Shown here: positions 22,966-34,584 of the stretch, piece after piece
Layout: each line of letters starts with the position of its first letter
Position numbering within the stretch: the first letter of the stretch is position 1
Assembly (NCBI GenBank): GCA_013239625.1
Contig: MU056960.1
Span: 12,108,698-12,172,697, forward strand
From: Lama guanicoe
Taxonomy: Eukaryota
Length of the DNA stretch: 64,000 nucleotides
Direction: 5' to 3'
Notes under the pieces: generated by a model
Told to the model about the DNA's origin: nothing
The model's input: only the letters and a program-made list of their open reading frames with translations
Database searches by the model: none
Position numbers and translations under genes: made by a program

Positions 22966-24539
22966 ATGAGCAAACAATGGGATGTTACTGGCCTGGAGTA
23001 TGCACTCTGTAAATATTAGTGTCCATCTTCCCCAGGTCTGCCCAGCCTTCTCCCAGTCCTAGCTTATATCTCCTGTGTCTTATCCAGGCTGGCAGCCAAG
23101 ACCAATTCTGCAACACCAAACTGTCGTTCTGTAACATTCTGCAGAATCTGTCAACAGAATTGTGAAGGTTTAACTCAACTCACACATCACCTTCCTGTCC
23201 ATTTTCCTGGCAAGGGGGCCAGTAATGGATCTTGGCAGCACCAACTCTATCCCATACCAGGGTTATTTGGAAGGGCTGAATTCAGACAAATAATCAGCTA
23301 GATTGTCTCCTTTTACTAAAGCTCTAAATCATTTGGCCTGTGTACACTTAGTCCCATTAAACATTCGAGCTGAAATGGGCAGACATGACCATGACGGTCA
23401 TTACCCAGAAGACACTCAGGTGTCCTGATCATTTTCCAGGCAAACCAAAAATTAGAGAACCAGTTATCGGGCCTCCGTTGAAATAACAATTCACCCAGTG
23501 GAACCTCCACCCCAGTTTCATTATGACTACATCTGCAAAGCTTAGAAGAGAGGCTGGTGGGGAGGAAAACCCGCAGCTGTTTTTCAAGGAATTAATTTNN
23601 NNNNNNNNNNNNNNNNNNNNNNNNNNNNNNNNNNNNNNNNNNNNNNNNNNNNNNNNNNNNNNNNNNNNNNNNNNNNNNNNNNNNNNNNNNNNNNNNNNNN
23701 NNNNNNNNNNNNNNNNNNNNNNNNNNNNNNNNNNNNNNNNNNNNNNNNNNNNNNNNNNNNNNNNNNNNNNNNNNNNNNTCCAAGGATTGCAAAGAACTTT
23801 GATGGCATAAATGATTCATCCTTGGGACCCGACAGAGAAGCAACAGTGGCCCCTCTTTATCCATAGGGACAGTGAAAAGGAGGATGGAGCCTAGTAACCT
23901 GGATTCCCAACTGACTTTTCAATGCACATCAACACCCCCTTCTCTCGTTATTTAGGACTTGGCATCAATTCTGGCCAGACTAATATATGACACAAACAGA
24001 CGTCATAATATCAGGAGTATAAAAGAGATAAGAAGTTATGGCTTGCAAATGTAAATCAATAAGGACCACGGGCTCTCAGCCATTTCTTTCTGAGAAAAAT
24101 ACATCTATTGCTTCCAGTAGCCCGGCCAGCATATGGCAGCCTTCTACAAGAAAGTCTTAAATGTTGATCCAATAGGTTCATGCATTCCAGAGACAGCATG
24201 AACCGTGCAAAAATAACAATAAACACGTGGCCCGCACTTTACAGTTTACCAAGCACTTTTGCAACTATTCCCTCATTTACGTATTCTTGCTTTACTTTAT
24301 GGGGCATTGCACTCCTGGCTAAAACTGAAGTTACTAGTCACACTCCCTCCAGGCAGAACGCAGTGCCCAGCAGCCCTCACTGCACTACGCTTGGATTTGC
24401 ACGGCAGCAGGGACCCTGCAGAGAGGGTTGGCTTTACTCTGCTCGGTTCCTAAGTCACCACGGGCCACACCATTGGTCAGCTTGGCCCTTTCATCAAAGG
24501 TCAATACCTCTCCCCTATCCTGAACCAAGAAAAGAATGA

Positions 24540-24745
24540 ATAATAATACTGTCCGGGTTTTGTCAGATACCTACTCTGCAACAGGCAGTTTGTCAGGGCT
24601 TCACACACATTAACTACAATCCTTATCCCAGACTCACCGAATCTAACACAAAGGAGGTAAGCAAGGCATGTATCTGCCCAAGCTCAGAGTCTGGTAAAGG
24701 GTAGAACCATTCAGGTCTTCCCAAATCCATAGCCCACGTACCTCT
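24540..24745 (-). mobile_element. MIR SINE
   Basis: taataatact...cctactctg...cttcacacacattaact...tgcccaag. Confidence 0.5.
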
Positions 24746-26479
24746 CTGAGGAAAGTCAGAACATGGCAGACTACATCTTCGAGAACAAGTGGCTAGCAGA
24801 CACAGGCAGACACCAGTCCTGCCAGCCATACTCTGGCTTGAGTGCTCCTCGAAACCATGCGCTTCCTCCCTAGTGGTGGCGCTTCTGTTGAGACCCTGTG
24901 TAGTGAGTGATGGACTTCTCAGTGGCTGGTATGGCTGCATTCATAGCAGAATGATACTCAGAACAAGGGAAGACAGCTACTCCGCAGTCCTCATTCCTCT
25001 GAATACTCTTAAAATATCATATACAACTGAGAAGGGCCGTCCCCTGGAACACACCCAGAAGAAAGGGCCTGACCTAAATGGAAACTATTTGACACCAGGA
25101 GCAAAGACCAAAACAAGATGTAAGAGGAACTGAAGCAAGGCCGTGATGTCTGTCTTCAGCTATTGGATGGGATGCCTTAGGGAGAGGAAGCAGCCTTGCT
25201 CCGTATGTGCTGCAGGATAGAACCAGGCTGGAAATAACAGGCAAGCTGGTTCAGATCCCTGCAAGAAACATGACCTCTTGCACCAAATGCTATTGATGGA
25301 ACAACATTAGCTCCTACTTCCTGGCATTGCTATGACGACTAAATGAAATAATGTATGTAAATGCCTAGCCCGGCGTCTGAACACTATAATCTTTTGGTCA
25401 TTACAAGGCGGGATTCTTTGCCTTCAAGAGGGAAAAAGGGACAATGGTGGAAAATGAGGTTTCTTCTCAGGACTAATTTTAGGCCAGATATTTCGAAAAA
25501 CAAAAACAAAAACAAAAACAGCTAGCCTTGCTGTGGGATAGCACATTTGACTCTTTTCCTGCCTGCTCTTATAGCCACTCATCTCTTCAACCAACACTGG
25601 CCAGCAACGTCTCTCTGCCTATTCCTCCCTATACCAGCAAAGGCCCATATGACTGTGACAGAATTTCTGAGTCTCCTGCCCTTTAAATCATCGCACATCC
25701 TCTAGCATAGGGAATCATTTGTTCCGAAAATCCTCCCACGTTGACTCGTAACTAAAAGCTTTCCGCTCCACCTTCTGCCTAAAATAGACCCGTTGGGAGG
25801 GTGAGAGCAGCCCACTTGGGGGCAGATCCTTCAAACTGCAGGACCCCAACAGCCACATCAGGTTTCCAAGGCACACTGACCAGAATTCCAGCTGGCTTTC
25901 TTGATCTCACCTTCTGGGTCACAGGAATGCTGTTTCCTCGTTCAAAAAAATTGGGGGCGGGGGCAATGGAGAAAAGCAGCCAGCAGAGACTCCATGCCCG
26001 TTAAAACCTGTTTCCATTGTCTACAACCGCGTAGTCCCATAGGAAGGATGCTGTGATGACGGTGTAGGGTGACAGTGCTTTGAGCATCCATGCTTGGTGC
26101 CTCCCCTGTGTGGGGAGGACCCAGGCAGCCTCCAGAATCTCGGCCCACACAGGGGACTTGGGCCTCTAGCCAGAGAGGGCCTCCCACTCCGTGATTGGAC
26201 TGACCAAGGCAGGCAGCACACACAGATGTCAGGACAAACTGGGCACAAATGCAAGGAGAAATGCCGGCTGATGGTCGACCTGAGACAAAGGCATTTGTGC
26301 CCACACACCCCACCCCAGGCACAGCCACCCTCTGGCTTGTATCCCAAACAGTGGCCCTTGTGTTCCTTTTGCATGGAACACCTGAATTCTTCCCATTCTG
26401 TCTACCAGAAAAGCCGCTACTCATTTCATTAAGTCAAGCACAGGCAAGAGTTCCTGTGACTTTCGTGGATCTCCAAGCA

Positions 26480-26866
26480 GAAATAATCATTTCCCCACCT
26501 TTGATTCCGTGACATTTTCATCCATACTTTATCTGATGGCCCCACGAATATTGTCTTAGAGACAATTATCTATGTGTCCGTCTCTTCCATCAGACATAGA
26601 TCTCAGTTTAATTGTCTCTGTATCTTCAATGTTAAGTATTGAGTCTCTGTGTGATGACCTGATTACTTTGTTTTCCCATTCCCCACCCCTACTAGACTAC
26701 AAGTTCTATGTGGAAGGACTTGCTGTGTCTGGTTACCTGTTCTCCCCAGAATCCAACTTAGTACATGGTATTTCTTTTCTGAAAGACTGGGCAGTTAGAT
26801 AGAGGGAGGCACGGGTAGACGAGTAGATGTTTGGATGGATGATTGGGTGGATGGATGGATGGATGA
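26480..26866 (+). mobile_element. L2 3' fragments ending in a (GGAT)n simple repeat
   Basis: ctactagactacaagttctatgtggaagg...tctccccagaatccaacttagtacatgg; tggatggatggatggatg. Confidence 0.55.
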
Positions 26867-28964
26867 AGGAGGCATTATAAGAACAAGATCAACAAAAGTC
26901 AGAGAGGAAACACCACTGACGCTTGGAATGAAGGGCAGCGTGTCCAGAAAGTCTCGTGGAAGAGGTGTTTTCTGAACTAAGGCTTTAATGGAAAGTAGGA
27001 ATTCAGCAGCCAGAGAAAGAGAAGGGCCATTCAAGCAGGAGACACCAGGGAGGAAAGATGCAGCAGGAAGACTGCCAAGCAGCGAGGGTTCCTCTGCAGG
27101 TGGAGGATATAAGCGATCACAGAGGGGGCAAGCCAGGAAATGCAGGCTTCAAGTGCTCGTCACACAGGGTCCCAAGTGTCCTGTTATGGAAATTGGGCTG
27201 CATCACACACAAACCAGTGGGGGGTACCCAAGGGTGTTATCTCTTTGTTTCGCATTCGCAGAGGCACACATTCAGGGCATTGTGTTTGGGAGTTAAGGCA
27301 GTAAGACACACACGTTGGAAGCACCATTGCTGCAGGTCGTCCCTTACACACCGTTGGCACCACGATGTACCAAAGCTGCTAAGCCACCAGGTAGGGAGTG
27401 TTGAGAGGGGGCACCCAAGGTGAGCCTCAGAAGAGCTCCACCTGGACGGCAGCCTGTCCACTTGGACACAAGCTCTTCCAACAATAACTAAGAAGGATCA
27501 CGTGCAGGACCCAATCTAAGTCACTCCATTCGGATTCAGGCAATTGAGGCCACGTGTCTTATCCCGGTAGGTTTGTAATCTCGTTCCCTCTGGGACATAT
27601 CAGTGTCTGAAATCTCACCCTCCAGCACCCACAGACACCCACATGCACCCAGCTGCCCATTCCCATTGCAATGTGACTTCAGCTCTGAGTCTACTTTTGG
27701 GGACACTTGCTCCTGTTCCAGTTAAGGAGGGACAACCAAAGGAAGGAGGCCTTTCCGGAATGGAGACACCTGAGGCCCCACCTATACATCCTCTCCCACC
27801 TAGGTCCCGGGACCCCTTCCATGCACGACTTGGCCCCCTGGCCCTCGGCTCTCAGAGAGCACCCAACTTCACCAGGGGAAAAGGATTAGGGCGCTTCCTC
27901 CATCTGTTTAGATGACAGATGAGGTAGCAAGATGCAGAGCCAGGCAGAGCCCCCTGAATGCTGGGCACAGGTCTCTCCTCTTTGATTCCATCCAGCCTCC
28001 ATCCTCTCTCTCACCCTGTCCTCGCAGAAGCTGAGTGCTACCTTCTCTGTGCACCAGCCAGATGAGGGGTGCAAACAGACTGCTTTATCTGCTGCCTCTC
28101 ACAGCCCAGTCTGGAACACCATTACCTCCACAGGGCCCACAAAAGCAAATGAGGAGGGAGCCTTACTGCAGTGATTCTAATTACCGTATGCTAATTGGGA
28201 CACCTTCAGGCTTGCAGGAGGGTGCCATTTCCCTGAGATGAAATGACAGAAGTCCCTGCACTTGCCTTGCTCTACTTATCCTCCCACTGCTTGCAGAACA
28301 TTCTGTACCAGGCAGCAGCTTTCAGATACCCCAGGCAGGGAGGAACCACAAAGGTGTCTGCCACTGGATGAACTGTTCCACATTCCATGGGATGAAGGCA
28401 GGAATTCTAACCCGATTTCCTGTACATTGGGGCTTTAAGGATCCCTGAATGCGCCTCAGCCCCCAGGTTATGCAAATGTCCTTACATGTACATACATGCA
28501 CTTATCTGAGGGATTCAAAACTTCCTTGGCTTTTCAAAGAAGACCAGTATCTTTTTTTTTTTTCTTTAATGCCTTGAACACTGCTGGCCTAAAGGGAAAA
28601 GCATCTAATTTGTCAAGATTTTCATATATTCTCTGCATACCCTTGGGGAAAACAATCTAATAGCACCCCCCAAAAAGAAAGAAAAAGAAAAGAAAGGGAA
28701 GATCTAGATTAAGACTGAAAGTAGAACAAAGTCAACAATCAAGGGATCAGGGCGTTACAAGCAAGAAACCAAGGTCCTGTCTGCACGGCCAGAGCTGAAA
28801 CCATCCACAGAGACATCACAAAAATTAGTTTAGTCCATCCCATGCATCTCTTGCCAGGCTTGTTATCTTTTGGTTCAAATTCTAAACAATTTTTTAAAAT
28901 ATAAGCTAAACCTTTTAATTTCTCGCCTGGGCTCTCCTGACCGGTCTACCTGTATCCACGCTTT

Positions 28965-29110
28965 TTATTTATTCACTCAACTTTCAAACATAGGGAAGAG
29001 TTGAAAGAACTAGGCGATGAAAACCTATATAACCACCATCTGGATCTGATGATGAAATTTATTCTACACCTGTTCTCCCACATCTCTGTCCATCTATCCA
29101 GCCTCTATGT
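28965..29110 (-). mobile_element. Old L1 (L1ME-like) 3'UTR fragment
   Basis: tttcaaacatagggaagagttgaaagaact...aacctatataaccaccatctggat. Confidence 0.6.
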
Positions 29111-29207
29111 TACCTTCACGCCACTTACTCCTTTCGGTGCTGTTGGTATTTGTCTCTTTCTTGCCTCGTTCTGCTTTATTCCCCACACAGAAATCAGTAA
29201 TCTTTTT

Positions 29208-29655
29208 GGGGTGTATATATATACAATGGAATACTACTCAGTCATAATAAAGAACGAATTTCCACCATTTGCAGCAACATGGTGGATGGACTTGGAGGGA
29301 ATTCTGCTAAGTGAAATAAGTCAGACAGAGAAAGACAAATATTGTATGATATCACTTATATATGGAATCTAAAAAATACTAACAAACTTAACACAAAAGA
29401 AGCAGACTCAGATATAGAGAACAAACTAGTGGTTGCTAGTGGGGAGAGGGAAGGGGGAAGGGGCAAGATTGGGGTATAAGCTATTAAGTATAAAATAGGC
29501 TACAAAGATATACTGTACAACACAGGGAATGTAGCCAATATTTTATAATAACTGTAAATGAAGTATAACCTTTGAAGTTGTGAATCACTATATTGTATCC
29601 CCATAACATAATATTGTACATCAACTATACTTCAATAAAATAAAGAAATAAATAA
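29208..29655 (+). mobile_element. 5'-truncated LINE-1 (older artiodactyl/laurasiatherian type), apparently inserted into an L2
   Basis: ORF reads YTMEYYSVI...PFAATWWMDLEGILLSEISQTEKDKYCMISLIYGI*; 3'UTR ends atcaactatacttcaataaa + A tail. Confidence 0.93.
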
Positions 29656-30744
29656 GTCAATGTTCTTTTGGAAACACAAATCTGATTATATCCCCCAACC
29701 TGCACCCCTCATGTGGCCCAAAAAGCCTTCACTGAACTTAATCTGGGACAACACCCAATACAATGATACAGGCAATTGGATTCAATTGTGTACAAGTTAC
29801 AGAGAAAAGTGTCAAGTGTATTGGTTATGCCACGTTAAACTGAAGTGCACAAAATTGGTTAAGAAAAAAGTTAACTACATAATACATACTAATATTACAT
29901 AAACTCCAGCTAAAGAGTTTTTTCAATTAAATCTTCCACCAATTGTTAGTTAATGTTTTGGCTTTAATCAGCGTTCCCAGGTTGCATTGCAGACTAAATA
30001 TGAATATCCTTCAATTTCAAATGAATGTCAAGAATTTCAGATTTGCTGAGGAGAGAAAGATAACCTCTGTCTTGCCATTGTTTTTAATGAGTTCAGCTCA
30101 TTCGTCCTGCCAAAGCAGTGCTGCATTCGGACAAAACAAAATATGAATGTGACTCAAATACCATTATCACATTTAGACAATAGGCATCTGCCCCGGAAGT
30201 TTTAATACGAGGATTGAGGATTCACATCTCTCAGACAATGCTCTGTCAGCCCTCTGCAGGCATTCAGAATGTGACGTGATACAAGTTCAGATTGGAGATA
30301 TATTAACAGATAAGAGTATCTTGCAGGACTTTGTTGGCATCTCATTTTATTATTGTTATCATTGAGGGGAGATGGAGAAAAAAGTCCCTGCAACGGATTA
30401 CTCTATGCACTGCTGCAAATTGAGTCCTGCCTCTGTTCCCGAATTTCTCTGACTGTTGATGGTGTGTCTGGCCAGTCTGAAGGGGCTCCCATCTATACCA
30501 CAGGTGTATGCAGAGGTGAGGTAGATTGCGCCCAGAGCCATGGAGAAGTTAGATGGCAGATGAATTTGACTTGAATGACAGGGGTGAACTCTAGCAATGG
30601 CTCTGTGGGGTAGTTTCAGGCCTTGACTCCTTGTGGGAGTCAGACCCTGGGGCACCCACCAGTCTGCAGTCCACACAGGTGCTGTGTGATGAAAGTATTC
30701 CTGCTTCCAGGTGCGCTGGACAAAAATGAAAGTCTTGGAAAGTC

Positions 30745-31287
30745 TTGGCCAGTTGTCTCCCTAGAGACATCCACTCTTCTTTCTTCTTGTCAGAACCCCC
30801 AACTTAAAATGGGGTGGCATGTCACCTCTGTGGGACCAATTAGGATGGGTTTAGATCAGTAAAGGCCAGCCTGTTCTTTTTGGCCAGGTATATGACCTCC
30901 AAGAGTCCCATGTCTTGGGAGTGCCTTATAGTCTTGTACTGGCCAATGAACCGTAACAGAAGTGTGATGGGGGAGGGTCCCAGGAGACTGTCCTCCAGGA
31001 TAAAAGGAGACCCTCTGCTTTTCTACCTGTCCTTCGCCCTGTATTGAGCACAGTGAGTGACTGAGAACTTGATGCTTGGAGCTCTAGTATCCAAATAAAA
31101 AGTGATTCTGCTGAGAGTGGTAGAGCAAAAAGATGGAAAGGGTCACATTCCTTGGTGGCATGGCGGAGCAGCTGCAGGCATCCTGGAACCGTGCACCTTC
31201 TTGTTCACTGTAAAATACTATCTTTACAACTTAATCTACTTCCAGCCAGGCTTTCTGTCACTGGCAGCCCAAGGCATTTCTAACTGT
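30745..31287 (+). mobile_element. MaLR solo LTR (MLT1J/K-like)
   Basis: tactggccaatga...tgatgcttggagct...gtagagcaaaaagatggaaag...ttctgtcactggcagcccaaggcatttctaactg. Confidence 0.65.
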
Positions 31288-31294
31288 TAAAGAA

Positions 31295-31352
31295 GGAATT
31301 TGACACAACATTGCAGAATGATTATAAATCAATAAAAAATGTATAAAAAAAA
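31295..31352 (+). mobile_element. Ultra-short 3' tip of the young camelid L1
   Basis: ggaatttgacacaacattgcagaatgattataaatcaataaaaaatgt + A tail matches the terminus at 52578-52630. Confidence 0.8.
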
Positions 31353-31389
31353 GAGAGAATTGAGCTTAAATACACAATGGTGCAAATGC

Positions 31390-31790
31390 TGTGTTAGCGT
31401 TTTTTAAGTGCTCATCTACCTGGTTCCCCTTTCCCCTGGGTACATGGAAGGACTACTCCTCCCTGCTGCCTTGGTGTTAAGTGGCATCATGTGACAATAC
31501 TGACCAATGCGTGTGTGTATAGAAGGGACATGTGACACTTCTAAGCCCAAGCATTTATTACATGCATGAGATCATCCAGTTTTCTTTTATCCCCCAGTGG
31601 CAATCAAGGAGGCCCCATATTCCATCATCAGCCTATATTCCCAAGTGACTATGGAGTGGAAATCTTTGCCAATCTCTGTGGGACATGCAGCATGAATTAG
31701 AAAGCAAACTTTTGTTGTATGAAGCCACTGAGATTTGAGGAGAAGAGTTGTTTGTCACCTGGGTATAACCTAGCTACACTGACTAATGCA
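31390..31790 (+). mobile_element. MaLR solo LTR (MLT1I-like)
   Basis: catgtgacaatactgaccaatg...catgtgacacttct...gaagccactgagattt...taacctagctacactgactaatgca. Confidence 0.82.
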
Positions 31791-31869
31791 CATAGTTGTC
31801 AATTTCACTTCGAAAGAGTCAGTCGGATGTGATTTATGTGCAGATACATGAATGCATTAAGCTACTCAA

Positions 31870-32735
31870 TGGTCATCATCTCTTTCTTCACTGCCAATAG
31901 AACAGAGATTTTCTTCAGGGCAGCAATCTTTCCAAATCCAGAGGATGTCCAACCCCACAGTGTGACTACCTCATTCTCTTTTGAAAGGCATCTCAGTTCC
32001 CCAGATTCTTTTGTAAATCTTTTGGTTATTAAAATATAAAGGAAAACCTGCACATAGGGGTGAATATTAGTTTTTCGGAGCTGCTTGTTCCAGATTGGAT
32101 GACTGGAACAANNNNNNNNNNNNNNNNNNNNNNNNNNNNNNNNNNNNNNNNNNNNNNNNNNNNNNNNNNNNNNNNNNNNNNNNNNNNNNNNNNNNNNNNN
32201 NNNNNNNNNNNNNNNNNNNNNNNNNNNNNNNNNNNNNNNNNNNNNNNNNNNNNNNNNNNNNAAATGATCTTCCCTATGTGCACGTCTGTCTCTATGTACA
32301 AATTTCCCCTTTTTATAAGGAAACCAGTCATGTTGGATTAGGGTCAATGCTAATTACCTCGTTTTAATGTAATTATCTATGGAAAGACCCTGTCTCCAAG
32401 TAAGGTCACATTCTGAGTTACAAGAGATTAAAGTTCCAACAATTTTTTTTTGAGGGACACAATTCAACCCACAATAGATTTTGTTTGTTTGTTTCCTGAA
32501 TCAGTCACTTCTTCCTTTAGGTTTGGAATGCTGGTGTGAAGTGTTATGTATAGAGCTAAGGCAGTCATCCTGCCATCTTGAGGGAGGAGAACAAACATCA
32601 CAAAGATGCCCAGGGAGCAACTTACAACACTTTGCAACTGCCAGTCTTCAAATTTCTTGTTAAGTAAACAGTAATTGCAGTAATTGTTCTTACAGTTTAA
32701 GCTTCTTTTAATTGCAGCCACATATGAACACATAT
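31870..32735 (+). mobile_element. Old MLT1J-like LTR remnants flanking a nested MLT1B
   Basis: ttcttcactgccaatagaacagagattttcttcagggcagcaa on the left; ggaatgctggtgtgaa...gtcatcctgccatc...tgcagcca on the right. Confidence 0.5.
32061..32476 (-). mobile_element. MaLR solo LTR (MLT1B-like), 150 nt masked
   Basis: aaatttcccctttttataaggaaaccagtcatgttggattaggg...aaagaccctgtctccaagtaaggtcacattctgag...gacacaattcaacccacaata. Confidence 0.88.
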
Positions 32736-33265
32736 AAAGATCAGAAGTACTTAAACAGAGGATCAGCTCTGCCTCCAGCTTAAGACATAATGATGGATAA
32801 GTCATTAAACACTACGGAACACAGTTTCAACATTTAGTAAACGAAATGGATACTGTTGGCTCTTAACGGAAACTTATAATGTAGATAGAGAATCAAATGA
32901 AATAATGTTCAGCCTTTTTGAAAAATTGAAAACCCAACAAAAAGTGATTCTCTATTAATTAAACAGTGAAATCTCCCATTTGTCAGCACAGTGCTAGGTC
33001 TAGAAATTGTGTTAAAAAATATGTGGTCCCTGCCCTTTTAGAACTTCTAGTCCAGTAGGAGAGTTATTCAAGTAAGTACACAGATAATCACTAAACTGCA
33101 AGTGAAAAATTAAATTTGATCCAATTATTTAAACACATAAGGAGCTTACAAAGTGCACTCAATATTCTCTGTGGGTTTTCTATTGCATTCCATCAATATA
33201 ATTGTGAAACATTAGTCTTAGGGCTTCTATTTTTTTAAAAGAAGAGTCAGTATTTATTATAATTA

Positions 33266-33396
33266 AGCATTCATATAATTTATCAGCAAAAATGGCACAC
33301 ACTTGAGAGGTAAAGAGGGTGTTTATTAATAATTATTCCAGGAAAAAGGGCATAAAGCAGAGGTGCTCCAAGAAACCAGGATGTTTGGATAGCCTG
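33266..33396 (+). mobile_element. Second MER94-like MITE
   Basis: catataatttatcagcaaaa...cacttgagaggtaaagagggtgtttattaataattattccagg...aaaccaggatgtttggatagcct. Confidence 0.7.
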
Positions 33397-34309
33397 GTTA
33401 TGATGATGATTTTACAGTCTAAAAATTAGAATATTAGGAATGTGAAGACACAGAGTCACAAGTCAAAATTTTAACTCAGAATATCTCATTTTGCTGGGAT
33501 AAGATAAAATGGGAAGTGAATTATGTTTGATGTGGCTGAGATTGAGAATTTCACACTGAAAAATAACTTATTTTTCATTTCCCCACAACTTTAAGTATGT
33601 AAACAAAAACCTACATTTCTGGTATCCTGGAAAGCTTGTTTCAAGAAAAAGAAACGACTGACATGGATGTGCAGAAATAGATTACCATGAGGCAGATTGA
33701 TTTGTGCTGTGCAAAGCCAGGAGGAGGCATCCATCCCTGTCATGGCTTGTAAAATAAATTTAAAGGTTGCTCCTGTATATTAAATGAGGCTAAAGTTTTT
33801 GATCAATATTTTTTCTTCACAAAAAACAAAAAGGATGAAAATGATCAGAAATTGATTCTAAATACTGAGTGCCCACTACCAACTGACAGAAATATTTTAC
33901 AAGCAAGATTTTGAGAGTTGCCAGTGAATTAGTCCAAATTGTGACAGGGATTTTTATTTTAAATGTGTTTCATCATTTTCTCCACTTGTTTCTAAAACTG
34001 ATATCAGCCAGGGATGTCAGAGAAGATGGTATGCAAAGAAAAATGGCTTACCAGCTCAGTTTTGCAAATGGGTTTGAGATGTTCTGACAAAATATCAAAG
34101 TTTTTAAAAAGAATCTTTGAAAGACATACTGTATCAAGTTTACATGTCCTCTATTTACCTAAACGTTCAGTTAAATTGGATATAGTAGCATCCATATTTG
34201 TGATTCAGAGCCCATGAATGCTGCCCCCATCTCACACCTGAAATTCTCTCCTCTTCCTTTTCTTCCTCCATCAAACAGCTACAGATCCTGAAAAGCCCAC
34301 GATACTCTC

Positions 34310-34505
34310 TACTGTGGGTTAAAATCTGAGTTTGTTCTGGGACTGCTTCTGTGACCACGCAAATAATCTAATCAGGTTGTTTAATTTCTCTAGATCTTAA
34401 TTTCTACACGTAAAATGAGAGTGATAACAGCTCTTTTGATTAAATGACAAAATGGCAGAGAATAGACTAAACACAGCTCCAGACACTCAATAATTCTCAA
34501 TAAAG
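34310..34505 (+). mobile_element. MIR SINE
   Basis: tctgagtttgttctgggactgcttctgtgacc...tttaatttctctagatcttaatttctacacgtaaaatgagagtgataac...ctcaataaa. Confidence 0.6.
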
Positions 34506-34584
34506 ATGACAACTTTATCCTTAGTTCCCTGCCTCCCTCTCTACTCTCAAAAATTCAGTTGACATCTGGGAGGGGTAAAAATCA

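Noticed and set aside
25942-27461. Overlapping 80-160 aa ORFs
   Set aside because: No homology I can recognise, no convincing exon boundaries, partly L2-derived
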